Source: an uncultured Candidatus Saccharibacteria bacterium
GTDB lineage: Bacteria; Patescibacteriota; Dojkabacteria; J137
Direction: 5' to 3'
Assembly: GCA_965230975.1 (NCBI GenBank)
Contig: OZ246402.1
Coordinates: forward strand, 992,859 to 1,056,858
DNA length: 64,000 nucleotides
Positions 30,584 through 40,057 of this stretch are shown piece by piece; positions within the stretch are counted from its first letter, which is position 1, and every line of letters begins with the position of its first letter. A program made the translations under genes and the position numbers. The notes beneath the pieces were generated by a model. It was given only the letters and a program-made list of their open reading frames with translations. It made no database searches and was not told where the DNA came from.

Positions 30584-31183
30584 ATGAAAATTTATACAAA
30601 AACTGGAGATAAAGGAGAAACAGGAATTATTGGCTCTAGAGTTTTAAAAAATTCTGCTGTAATTCATTCAATTGGAAATATAGATGAACTTAATTCATTA
30701 TTAGGTTTGATTTTAAGCAAAGCTTCTCAAGAAAATAAGCACGCAGAAAGTTCAAAAACGTGGGTTAATACTATTAATAAAGTTCAAAATGCATTATTCG
30801 ATTTAGGTGCTATTTTAGCTAAAGGCAAATCTGATCAAGATTTTGTAAATCTTACTTTAATACTTGAAGAGGAAATTGACTTAATGCAAAAAGACTTAAA
30901 ACCACTACTAAATTTCATATTACCTGGTGGGTCTGAAATATCTAGCTATATTCACTTGGCTAGAAGTACTTGCAGAAGAGCAGAGAGGTTTTTAGTAGAA
31001 ACAATAACTGAACAGTCTAATCGAAAATCTGAAGATAGAGAACAGTTGTTTGAAGCGCTAAGTTTTATAAATCGGTTATCGGATTACTTATTTGTTCTTG
31101 CAAGATACATTAATAATGAGCTAGGATATGAAGATATTATTTGGGGCAAAAATAGATCCATCAAGCAAAATGCCCAAAACTAA
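30584..31183 (+). CDS. pduO: ATP:cob(I)alamin adenosyltransferase, PduO-type
   Basis: KIYTKTGDKGET, GNIDELNS, FILPGG, ARSTCRRAER, INRLSDYLFVLAR; ATG at 30584 preferred over the upstream TTG. Confidence 0.93.
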   Translation: MKIYTKTGDKGETGIIGSRVLKNSAVIHSIGNIDELNSLLGLILSKASQENKHAESSKTWVNTINKVQNALFDLGAILAKGKSDQDFVNLTLILEEEIDLMQKDLKPLLNFILPGGSEISSYIHLARSTCRRAERFLVETITEQSNRKSEDREQLFEALSFINRLSDYLFVLARYINNELGYEDIIWGKNRSIKQNAQN

Positions 31184-31197
31184 AACCTAATAAATAT

Positions 31198-33705
31198 ATG
31201 AAAGAAGAAGAATTTACAGGACTAACCCAAGAAGAAGTCAGCAAAAAAAAGAGCCTTGGATTATCTAACGACGTAATAGACACTTACACTCCATCAAATA
31301 TAAAAATACTTTTTCGAAATATTTTTAATTTAATAAATATAATCTTAATTCCTTTAATGATAGTGCTTTGGATATTCGAATTAAGAACAGAGGTGCTTGC
31401 ATTTAGTACATTTGCAATAATCAACACAATAGTTTCAATACTAGATGAACTTAGAGCAAAAAAACAACTAGATAAACTAAAGTCAGAATTTCAGCAAACA
31501 GCAACTATTATACGAGAAGGTAAAAAAGAGACTTTGCCACTTTCGGACATAGTAGAAGGTGACATTATTTTTGCTAAAGAGGGGGAGGGTATAGTTGCAG
31601 ATGGAGAACTTTTAAATGCTTATTACCTGCAATTGGACGAATCTGCGTTAACAGGTGAATCAAACTATGTTCAAAGAGAAAAGTCAGAGCAAGTCAGAAG
31701 TGGAAGTTATGTAGTTACTGGTAATTGCGTATATAGAGCAGATAAAATTGGTAAAAATAACTACTTAAACAAGCTGGGTGCAGAGGCTTTGAAATACTCA
31801 GAAAAGAAAAGCTCTATTCAGGCAGATGGAGACAAACTAATATTTATGTTAATAGTATCTTGCATTGGACTTGCAGTGGCCAACTTTCTTTTAGCAGACC
31901 CCAGTTTTAGTGCAGAGGCTAAAGTTTTAAGCTTAACAACAATTGTGGTTTTAATAATTCCACAAACCTTAATTTTCTTATTCACCTTAACTTTCACAAT
32001 ATCTATAACCAAACTTTTTCAAAAGGGAGTTTTAATTCAAAAAGGTGGGAGTATAGAAGAACTTTCCAAAATTGAAGCTATATGTTTTGATAAAACAGGA
32101 ACAATAACCACAAATAACATGTTTCTTAAAGATATTAAGTATTGGAATACCACTAAAGAGGAGTTCGGATCACTATATAACTCAATTCAAGACAAAATAG
32201 TTAGTGTAAACAAAACTCAGTCTATATTAAATAAGTTTTTTTCAGATTGTCCGACACTTGAAGTGTCCGAATTTGACCAAGTGCCATTTACCTCAAAAAA
32301 TAAATTTAGCTTGGTTAAAGGAGTAGTAAACAAAAAAGAATTCACACTCAAATTCGGTGCGATTAGCGTTTTAGAGGAGAGTATAGATAAATCCATTTTT
32401 AAAGAGATTTCTAGTTTTATTGCAGAATGTGAGGAATCTGGAGATAGAGTTTTGGTTGGTTTACAATTTGAAAATAATAAAAGTATATCTAAAAAAGTAA
32501 TAGTTCTTAGAATAGAAGAGGAGCTAAATCAAGGTATTAAAGATATATTTAACAGATTAAAAGAACAAGGAATTGCAATTAAAATTATTTCAGGAGATAG
32601 TCTTTTATCTGTGCAAAAAATACTTAAGAAATTACAGATAGAAGATGCCAAAGCAGTAGACTTATCTACTGTGTCAGAAGAAGATTTAGATAAAGTAATT
32701 TTAGAAAACAATATATTCACAAGAGCTAAACCAGAAGATAAATTAAGAATTATAAAAACTTTAAAGTCTAATGGTATAAAAATTGCTATGGTTGGAGATG
32801 GAATAAATGATGTTCTGGCACTAAAAGGAGCAGATGTTGCAATCGCTATGGAGCATGGTTCAAAAATTGCACGAGAAGTTTCGGACATAGTTTTGTTAAA
32901 TAATGATTATTCAAAAATTCCTGATATATTTTTTGAAGGTGAAAACATTGTTTACAATCTTAAGCTATCTACAAAGCTTTTTTTAATAAAATCATTTTTT
33001 ACAATGTTTATTGCGTTATTTTTTACTTTACAAAGAGGTTTAATTCCAATAAATCCTCCGTCTGTATTAATCTTTAGCTTTTTAGGTACTAGCGCCCCAA
33101 GCTATGTAATAGTGTTTACAAGACAATTAGTAAAAAATAAAACTGCATTTTTTACAGATGTTATAAAAGGCACTTTGCCCGATGCAATTGTATTTGCTGT
33201 ATTCTTTGTAATGTTTTATTTTTTTACAAAAGATTCTTACAATTATACTCAAGTCAACTCTGGTTTAATTATTTTAATATTATCCTTAAGCATAATTTAT
33301 TCTTTAATACTGGTATGGGAATCTAAAAAACTTCAAAATATTGCTTTATCAATATTTTTATATGTAATTTTGTTAGTTGTTGGTATATATCAAACACTTT
33401 TGCCATTAAGCAATTACACCAGTGATACTCCAAGATTATTAGCTGCATTAGCTGGAGTTTTAGTGGGTAGCGTATTAATATTCACTTTATTAAGCAAGAC
33501 TATTAAAAAATATTCACTTAAATGGGTTTTATTAAAACTGCTGGTTTCTGTAATTTGGATACCATTAATTTGGGTATTTCCATTTCAAAGTTATTACCAG
33601 GTTACAAATTTACCAAACCCATTTTTTGGACTTATTGGGATATTCTCTTTGTTTGGATTTATTATTATGATTATTATTAGCAAATTATTTCACTCAAAAA
33701 ACTAG
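31198..33705 (+). CDS. Cation-transporting P-type ATPase
   Basis: DESALTGES, CFDKTGTIT, ISGD, MVGDGINDVLAL. Confidence 0.93.
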   Translation: MKEEEFTGLTQEEVSKKKSLGLSNDVIDTYTPSNIKILFRNIFNLINIILIPLMIVLWIFELRTEVLAFSTFAIINTIVSILDELRAKKQLDKLKSEFQQTATIIREGKKETLPLSDIVEGDIIFAKEGEGIVADGELLNAYYLQLDESALTGESNYVQREKSEQVRSGSYVVTGNCVYRADKIGKNNYLNKLGAEALKYSEKKSSIQADGDKLIFMLIVSCIGLAVANFLLADPSFSAEAKVLSLTTIVVLIIPQTLIFLFTLTFTISITKLFQKGVLIQKGGSIEELSKIEAICFDKTGTITTNNMFLKDIKYWNTTKEEFGSLYNSIQDKIVSVNKTQSILNKFFSDCPTLEVSEFDQVPFTSKNKFSLVKGVVNKKEFTLKFGAISVLEESIDKSIFKEISSFIAECEESGDRVLVGLQFENNKSISKKVIVLRIEEELNQGIKDIFNRLKEQGIAIKIISGDSLLSVQKILKKLQIEDAKAVDLSTVSEEDLDKVILENNIFTRAKPEDKLRIIKTLKSNGIKIAMVGDGINDVLALKGADVAIAMEHGSKIAREVSDIVLLNNDYSKIPDIFFEGENIVYNLKLSTKLFLIKSFFTMFIALFFTLQRGLIPINPPSVLIFSFLGTSAPSYVIVFTRQLVKNKTAFFTDVIKGTLPDAIVFAVFFVMFYFFTKDSYNYTQVNSGLIILILSLSIIYSLILVWESKKLQNIALSIFLYVILLVVGIYQTLLPLSNYTSDTPRLLAALAGVLVGSVLIFTLLSKTIKKYSLKWVLLKLLVSVIWIPLIWVFPFQSYYQVTNLPNPFFGLIGIFSLFGFIIMIIISKLFHSKN

Positions 33706-33706
33706 T

Positions 33707-34339
33707 ATGGCTCAAATCTTAATATTGCTTACAGATTTTGTAATAAATCTTGTTTCTAGTCTTGGTTATTTTGGAATATTTTTGGCAATGACAATTGAGT
33801 CTGCAAGTATTCCTTTACCTTCAGAAATAATAATGGGTATTGCAGGATATTTAGTTTATAAAGGTGAAATGAACCTATTGTTAGCTGCATTTGTTGGAGC
33901 CATTGGAAATATAACTGGGTCTACAATTATGTATTTTTTAGGGTCAATGGGTGGCAGACCTGTTATAAAAAAGTATGGCAAATATATACATTTTTCAGAA
34001 GAGAAGTTTGAAAAGGTAGATGCATGGTTTGCAAAGTGGGGAGATAAAATTGTGTTTATTTCCCAATTACTACCTGTAGTTAGAACATTTGTTTCCCTAC
34101 CTGCAGGTATTCTAAAAACCAACTTCCCTAAATTTATTTTATATACATTTACAGGAGCTTTTATTTGGTGCTTTGCTTTAGCTTGGTTTTCTTCTTTATT
34201 AGGGCCAGAATGGGAAAAGATATCTGACTATATTCATGAATTTGAGATTGTAATATTTATTTTGTTCATTTTAGCTTTAGCCTATATAATATTTAAAAGG
34301 CTATACAGATTAAGAAAAAAAAGTCTGGAACAAAATTAA
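33707..34339 (+). CDS. dedA: DedA family protein
   Basis: IESASIPLPSE, WFAKWG, LPVVRTFVSLPAG. Confidence 0.92.
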   Translation: MAQILILLTDFVINLVSSLGYFGIFLAMTIESASIPLPSEIIMGIAGYLVYKGEMNLLLAAFVGAIGNITGSTIMYFLGSMGGRPVIKKYGKYIHFSEEKFEKVDAWFAKWGDKIVFISQLLPVVRTFVSLPAGILKTNFPKFILYTFTGAFIWCFALAWFSSLLGPEWEKISDYIHEFEIVIFILFILALAYIIFKRLYRLRKKSLEQN

Positions 34340-34356
34340 AATATTAAATTCAAGTA

Positions 34357-35304
34357 ATGCTTTCTAAAAATCTCCTGGGCAAATTAACTATAATTCTTCA
34401 GGGATTTGTTATGGGTATTGCAGAAATTATTCCCGGTGTTAGTGGGTCTACTTTGGCCCTTACAATGGGTATTTACGATGACCTTATCAACTTCTTAAAT
34501 CAAATTTCAGATCTTATAAAAGTTTTTATTAAATTAATATTTAAAAAGGCATCTTTGCGAAATTTAAAAAGTGCATTTACTGAAATCGATTTTAAATTTG
34601 GTATATTTTTATCTTTCGGTGGTGTTTTAGCAGTAATTTTGCTTTCTAATGTTTTAGAAGATTTAGTAGAAAGTAATAAGCAATATGTTTATGCTTTCTT
34701 TTTTGGGTTGATTATTAGTTCTCTGTACATACCTTTTAAAGAAATTAAGGTTAAAAACTTTAAAACTTTCTCAATATTTATTGTGACTTTTATATTAAGT
34801 TTTTTGATTTTAGGGATACAGCCTGCTCAAGATGTTGTTCAGCCTTCGGCTTTGTTTATGTTTGTTGCTGCGCTGATTGCTGTTTGTGGAATGGTTTTAC
34901 CTGGAGTTAGTGGTTCTTTTATTTTGTTATTGCTAGGGCTTTATCAATATATTTTAAGCTGTATAAAAGCATTAACCAGGCTTTCTATTCAGTCAAATGA
35001 TTTACTAAATATTGTTATTTTTGCAATTGGTTTAGTTTTAGGTTTTAGTGTTTTCGTAAAATTTCTTAAAATTGCATTCACTAAAGCATCTGATTATGTT
35101 CTTAGTTTTCTTTTGGGTCTAATGCTTTCTTCTACAAGAGTTTTGTGGCCATTTATTGAAAAAGTTAATGGAGAATATTTGCCAAAAAATCCTTGGGAAA
35201 TGCAGCTAAATGAGCTAACCATCATAGTTATAATCATTGCGATTTCTATCTTTGCGGTGTTTTTAATTAGTAGAATGAATGTGAAAGAGATTGAAAATAT
35301 TTGA
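34357..35304 (+). CDS. DUF368 family (undecaprenyl-phosphate translocase-like) membrane protein
   Basis: MGIAEIIPGVSGSTLA and MVLPGVSGSFILLLLG repeats. Confidence 0.92.
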   Translation: MLSKNLLGKLTIILQGFVMGIAEIIPGVSGSTLALTMGIYDDLINFLNQISDLIKVFIKLIFKKASLRNLKSAFTEIDFKFGIFLSFGGVLAVILLSNVLEDLVESNKQYVYAFFFGLIISSLYIPFKEIKVKNFKTFSIFIVTFILSFLILGIQPAQDVVQPSALFMFVAALIAVCGMVLPGVSGSFILLLLGLYQYILSCIKALTRLSIQSNDLLNIVIFAIGLVLGFSVFVKFLKIAFTKASDYVLSFLLGLMLSSTRVLWPFIEKVNGEYLPKNPWEMQLNELTIIVIIIAISIFAVFLISRMNVKEIENI

Positions 35305-35375
35305 TTAATTGCATTACCCAATAAATTTACTTAATATAGTGTTATACAAGACTAATTTGAGTAAGATAACATTTG

Positions 35376-35404
35376 TTGACGCTAAGAATTAGCCGGTATA
35401 TAAT
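35376..35404 (+). promoter_or_regulatory. sigma70 promoter
   Basis: TTGACG-17 bp-TATAAT upstream of ATG 35428. Confidence 0.6.
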
Positions 35405-35427
35405 CTATATATATTATAAAATAATCC

Positions 35428-36759
35428 ATGAATCCGCAGAGACAGATGCTTGACGGAAATATCAATAGAGAAATATTAACATCACCTATAATTGTAGATA
35501 TATATTCTGCTTTAGTTTTTGTACTGAATGATAAAGTTGAACAAGATAAAATAGCTTCAGCTTTAGTTAATTTTTTCAGTAGCAATGAAATGTACAGAGT
35601 TGCAATGCAAAATCCCACAGCCTTTTTACCCTATAATATAATGGATGTAGATGCTTTGAAAACCTATCCTAACATTGACTCATTACTAACTCATGTTTTT
35701 GATTTTATAGGAATTAAAGATCAGATTCCTCAATATCGTAGAATAATTTTAGATCAATTTTCTGTTCAATTATTACAAAGCTTCGATTTTGATAAATTAG
35801 AAAAAGAAGACATGGTTACGATATTTAAAAGCCTTGAATTTAGGTCAGCAATAACTCACCCAGAGCTATTCGAAAATGATCCTGACGGATCTATAATTAA
35901 GATAGTAATACCTTTAGGCGGGAAAGCCTATGATCATCTTAAAAAGAAGGAGGTAGCTAGAACCATAACTCTAGTAGTAAAACTCAAATCTTTAGAGACT
36001 GGATTTGACTTAATTTTACCAATTTTGGAAAAATATGCATCTTTGGTTCATAACGGATATAGCGTGGTCTTTAATCAAAGGCAGAATATCCAATATTATG
36101 AAGACGAAGCACCCACTCATGAACTGTTTAAGTCAGTTAGATTAAAAGCAAATAATTATTTATCCACATCGGGGTTAACAGCACCGGAACTTCTATCTTT
36201 TATACAATCGCAGTTTAGGACGACTTCTGAAGCAGGGCCATTATTATCAGAATGGGCAGTTACACTAAGAACCCGACTTGATAGTATCGCTTGGCTTGTA
36301 CAAAACCTTACTACAATCTATAAAAATCCAAATTATATAGAAACGGGTACAGAAACAATTCAAGCATTAGAAAATTTACTAAAAAACGAGTCTGCAAAAA
36401 AGTATATTGATCTGACAAAAAGATATTGGATTCGAAGTATTTATGGTAAAAAACTAGAAGGTCCCCATGAGATACTACAAAAAAATGGACTTCCTGCGTT
36501 AATTAATACATTAGAAGCTTTACACAGCTCTTTGAATGAAATATACAAACTAATGGTTTTAACAAGTCATGGAACGGAAGTTAAAATTACCAAGGAATTA
36601 GTATCCATAGTTGTACTTGAGCAATTTAAAGGAACAAATGCGGAAACCCCTAATATGTTTTTTCTTGTTAAATCTATTTTAAGAGATACATTAAGAGAAA
36701 GTGAACCAGAATTTATTGTATACGGTCCAACTGGTGAAATATTTGACAACATAATTTGA
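35428..36759 (+). CDS. Hypothetical protein
   Basis: 443-aa ORF with its own promoter; no recognised motif. Confidence 0.7.
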   Translation: MNPQRQMLDGNINREILTSPIIVDIYSALVFVLNDKVEQDKIASALVNFFSSNEMYRVAMQNPTAFLPYNIMDVDALKTYPNIDSLLTHVFDFIGIKDQIPQYRRIILDQFSVQLLQSFDFDKLEKEDMVTIFKSLEFRSAITHPELFENDPDGSIIKIVIPLGGKAYDHLKKKEVARTITLVVKLKSLETGFDLILPILEKYASLVHNGYSVVFNQRQNIQYYEDEAPTHELFKSVRLKANNYLSTSGLTAPELLSFIQSQFRTTSEAGPLLSEWAVTLRTRLDSIAWLVQNLTTIYKNPNYIETGTETIQALENLLKNESAKKYIDLTKRYWIRSIYGKKLEGPHEILQKNGLPALINTLEALHSSLNEIYKLMVLTSHGTEVKITKELVSIVVLEQFKGTNAETPNMFFLVKSILRDTLRESEPEFIVYGPTGEIFDNII

Positions 36760-36921
36760 CCAACTTGTATGCATATTTCCACTACACTTTTCGTTGATAT
36801 CTTAATAGTACTTACCACCTTTTGGTTTCAAACAAGATTGTACTTGCGGCATCTTAGGTATTACTTTCTTTTGTTTGGATTATTGGGCTTGGGCTATTTC
36901 TTTTACAAAGACTTCCCAAAA

Positions 36922-36950
36922 TTGACACAAAACTTTATCTTTAATATAAT
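36922..36950 (+). promoter_or_regulatory. Consensus sigma70 promoter of the T-box leader
   Basis: TTGACA (36922-36927), 17 bp, TATAAT (36945-36950). Confidence 0.85.
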
Positions 36951-36965
36951 CCTATAGCCCTTTAA

Positions 36966-37203
36966 AAGCGTTGACTGAGATGAGAAATACTATTTTGATT
37001 TAGAGAGATGGCGGTTGGTGCAAGCCATTATCAAAAAGTACTTCAGCTACTCACGAGCTGGCAGCGAAAGCTGTCCCGTAAATCTTACGTTACAAGATAA
37101 ATAAGCCCCGACATGTCGGGGGAATTAAGGTGGTACCACGAGCTTTGAATTTAAGCCGTCCTTAGTATTAAACATAAATGTTTAGTGCAAGGGCGGTTTT
37201 TTA
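36966..37203 (+). ncRNA. T-box riboswitch, Ala specifier GCU
   Basis: Stem I with AGAGA and GGTG distal motifs; specifier GCT at 37046-37048; T-box AATTAAGGTGGTACCACG at 37123-37140; terminator gccgtcctt..aagggcggt followed by a U-tract. Confidence 0.9.
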
Positions 37204-37233
37204 TTGCTAATTTTTATTTTTTAGTAAAGTAAT

Positions 37234-37848
37234 ATGAAGAGACTTTTTTTGTTCTCACATCCAATGATGAAGGACGAATTTGCAAAATATATCTTTCCAG
37301 ATGAACTAAAGGAGAAGAAATTTGCATATATGCCAACTAACGGACACGAAGGTTTTGATCAATATGTCCCAATGTGGCAAGAATATGTTAAAGAGAATGG
37401 GGCTGAATTTATATATATTGATAATACAAAAAGAGGAGAAGAAGCTAAAATTGAAGCGGAAAAAATATTAAGTTGTAATATCTTAATGTCTACTGGAGGA
37501 AATACCTTTCAGCTGTTACACAATCTAAGAGAATCAGGCTTATTTGAAACTATTAAGCAATTTGTTCAAAAAGATGAATTTATTTTTACTGGATTCAGCG
37601 CTGGTGCAATTATTATGACGCCCTCAATAGCAGTTGCAGGACAACCTGCAGGCACCGATCCGAATGATTTGATGGATGAAAACATTCCTGGTATAACCGA
37701 TTTAACAGCTTTAGGTTTAGTTAATTTTGAAGTTTATCCTCATTACAACGAAGCTACTGATAAAGGATATTTAGAAAACTATCAAAAACAAACAACTAAT
37801 GAAGTAAAGGCATTAGCAGACGAAGACTATATTTTAATTGATTTATAA
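37234..37848 (+). CDS. Peptidase E / S51 family (class I glutamine amidotransferase-like)
   Basis: GGNTFQL, GFSAGA nucleophile elbow, YPHY. Confidence 0.88.
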   Translation: MKRLFLFSHPMMKDEFAKYIFPDELKEKKFAYMPTNGHEGFDQYVPMWQEYVKENGAEFIYIDNTKRGEEAKIEAEKILSCNILMSTGGNTFQLLHNLRESGLFETIKQFVQKDEFIFTGFSAGAIIMTPSIAVAGQPAGTDPNDLMDENIPGITDLTALGLVNFEVYPHYNEATDKGYLENYQKQTTNEVKALADEDYILIDL

Positions 37849-37902
37849 TTTGAGAATATTCGTTCGTAGAACGAACTAAAATATTTAATTACACAAAACA
37901 TT

Positions 37903-39846
37903 ATGAAAACATCAGAACAACTAAGAAAAGACTTTATAGAATATTGGACAAGTAGTCCAAGAAACTTTAAAGAGGTACCTAATGTATCTTTAATTCCAAA
38001 CGTAGATTCAACACTACTATTTGTAAACTCTGGAATGTTCCCATTGGCTCCGTATCTTGGAGGTCAACCACATCCACTTGGAAAAAGACTTGTAGATATT
38101 CAAAGATGTTTAAGAACCAATTACGATGAGATGATTGAAATTGGAGATAATAGACACACATTGATGTTTGAAATGATTGGAGATTGGTCTTTAGGTGACT
38201 TTACAAAACAAGAACAAATCCCCTGGATTTTAGATTTTTGGGTACAAGTTTGTGGCATGGATCCAAAAAGATTATATGTTACAGTATTTGCAGGTGACGA
38301 TGATGCAAAAAGAGACACAGAGGCTATAGAAGTTTGGCAAAAAGCATTTGCAAAATATGGTGTTAAGGCAGAATTTAGTGAAGATATTCATAATATTCCA
38401 AAAAACTTAGAAGAAGGTGAAAATTGGCCATATAGAATATTCCCTTACCCTAAAAAAAAGAATTGGTGGGAAAGAGCGCATGCACCTGGTGAATTAGGTG
38501 GACCAACTTCCGAAATGTTTTATGACATGGGATTTATAGAGAAAGAAGATGAAAGCTATCACGTTAATGATGATAGTGGAAGATTTATCGAAATTGGTAA
38601 TAATGTGTTTATGGAATACAAACTAAATTCGGACATGAAGTGGGTGCCATTAGAACAAAAAAACATTGACTTTGGAGGTGGATTTGAAAGGGTGGCAATG
38701 ATTGTTCAAGGTAAAAAAGATATCTTTGAAACAGATATTTATGAATCTGTTATTCAAAAAGTAGAAGAGCTATCTAATAAACAATACAAATCTGAAGGTA
38801 AGGATAATGAATATACAAAGTTCTTTAGAATTTTGGCAGACCACTCTCGAGCAGCAACTTTCATTTTAGCAGATGGTGTTATCCCTTCCAATAAAGATCA
38901 AGGATATATTTTAAGAAGATTTATTAGACGACTTGTAAGATTTGGATTAAAGCTCGGTATTGACCGAAACTTTACAAAAGATTTGGCAATTGCAGTAATA
39001 GCTAAAATGTCTTACGCATACCCTCATTTGAAAGAGAACGAAAACTTTATTGTAGATGAAATTGAAAAAGAGGAGATAAAATTTAGAAGAACATTAGAGC
39101 AAGGCTTAAAACATTTGCAAAAGATTATTCAAGATCAGGATTTAAGAAACTCAAACTTACGATTTGATGGGAAGCAGGCATTTGATTTATACGAGACTTA
39201 CGGGTTTCCAATAGAAATGACTTTGGACGAATTGAACTGGTCAGAAGATAAAGCTGATCAATTAATTGCAGATTTTAAGGTTCAAGAAGAAAATCATAGA
39301 ACACAATCAAGAGCTGGCGCAGAGCAAAAGTTTAAAGGTGGGTTAGCAGATGCAAGTGTAGAGACAACTAAACTGCATACTGCTCATCATTTATTACTAG
39401 CTAGCTTACAAAAGTTAATAGACCCAAACATAAAGCAAAAGGGTAGTAACATTACAGCAGAAAGATTAAGAATGGACTTTAACTTTGACCGAAAACTAAC
39501 ACCTGAGGAAATTCAAAAAGTAGAAGAGTTAGTGAACAAAAAGATTGAAGAAGGGTTAACAATGGCTAGAATTGAGATGCCAAAAGATGAAGCTGAGAAA
39601 ATTGGTGCACAGATGGAATTTGGTATGAAGTACCCAGACACAGTTTCTGTTTATGTAATTGGAGACAAACAATCTATTCAAAATAAAAACTGGAATTCGG
39701 ACAAAATATTTTCTAAAGAATTCTGTGGAGGACCTCATGTTTCTAATACATCAGAACTAGCAGAAGGTGGTAAGAAATTTAAGATTGTAGAACAAGAAAA
39801 TGTTGGGGCAGGGGTTAAAAGAATTAAAGCAAAATTAGTTCAGTAA
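37903..39846 (+). CDS. alaS: Alanine--tRNA ligase, short form without C-Ala domain
   Basis: DSTLLFVNSGM, QRCLR, FEM.G.WS.GD, ADHSR, GYILRR, editing HTAHH and EFCGGPHV. Confidence 0.96.
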   Translation: MKTSEQLRKDFIEYWTSSPRNFKEVPNVSLIPNVDSTLLFVNSGMFPLAPYLGGQPHPLGKRLVDIQRCLRTNYDEMIEIGDNRHTLMFEMIGDWSLGDFTKQEQIPWILDFWVQVCGMDPKRLYVTVFAGDDDAKRDTEAIEVWQKAFAKYGVKAEFSEDIHNIPKNLEEGENWPYRIFPYPKKKNWWERAHAPGELGGPTSEMFYDMGFIEKEDESYHVNDDSGRFIEIGNNVFMEYKLNSDMKWVPLEQKNIDFGGGFERVAMIVQGKKDIFETDIYESVIQKVEELSNKQYKSEGKDNEYTKFFRILADHSRAATFILADGVIPSNKDQGYILRRFIRRLVRFGLKLGIDRNFTKDLAIAVIAKMSYAYPHLKENENFIVDEIEKEEIKFRRTLEQGLKHLQKIIQDQDLRNSNLRFDGKQAFDLYETYGFPIEMTLDELNWSEDKADQLIADFKVQEENHRTQSRAGAEQKFKGGLADASVETTKLHTAHHLLLASLQKLIDPNIKQKGSNITAERLRMDFNFDRKLTPEEIQKVEELVNKKIEEGLTMARIEMPKDEAEKIGAQMEFGMKYPDTVSVYVIGDKQSIQNKNWNSDKIFSKEFCGGPHVSNTSELAEGGKKFKIVEQENVGAGVKRIKAKLVQ

Positions 39847-40007
39847 TACCAAGTAATTAAAAAAATTAATAGCTGTGTGGGCACTTCCCAAAATAGATAT
39901 TTTAAAATATTTAATTGTATGTGAAAATTGCCTTATGAAAAAGAGTGTGATTCCACAAATTCCACCCAATCTGAAAAGTAGTAAATGTAATTTCTATTGT
40001 TAAAAAT

Positions 40008-40032
40008 GCCCCGCAAATGCGGGGCTTTTTTT
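40008..40032 (+). terminator. Intrinsic terminator
   Basis: gccccgc-aaat-gcggggc followed by T7. Confidence 0.85.
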
Positions 40033-40057
40033 ATAACTTATTTTTTATTCTAAAGTT

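Noticed and set aside
36769-36957. 62-aa hydrophobic ORF
   Set aside because: Overlaps the T-box promoter and has no recognisable motif; cannot be supported, though a small membrane protein is not excluded.
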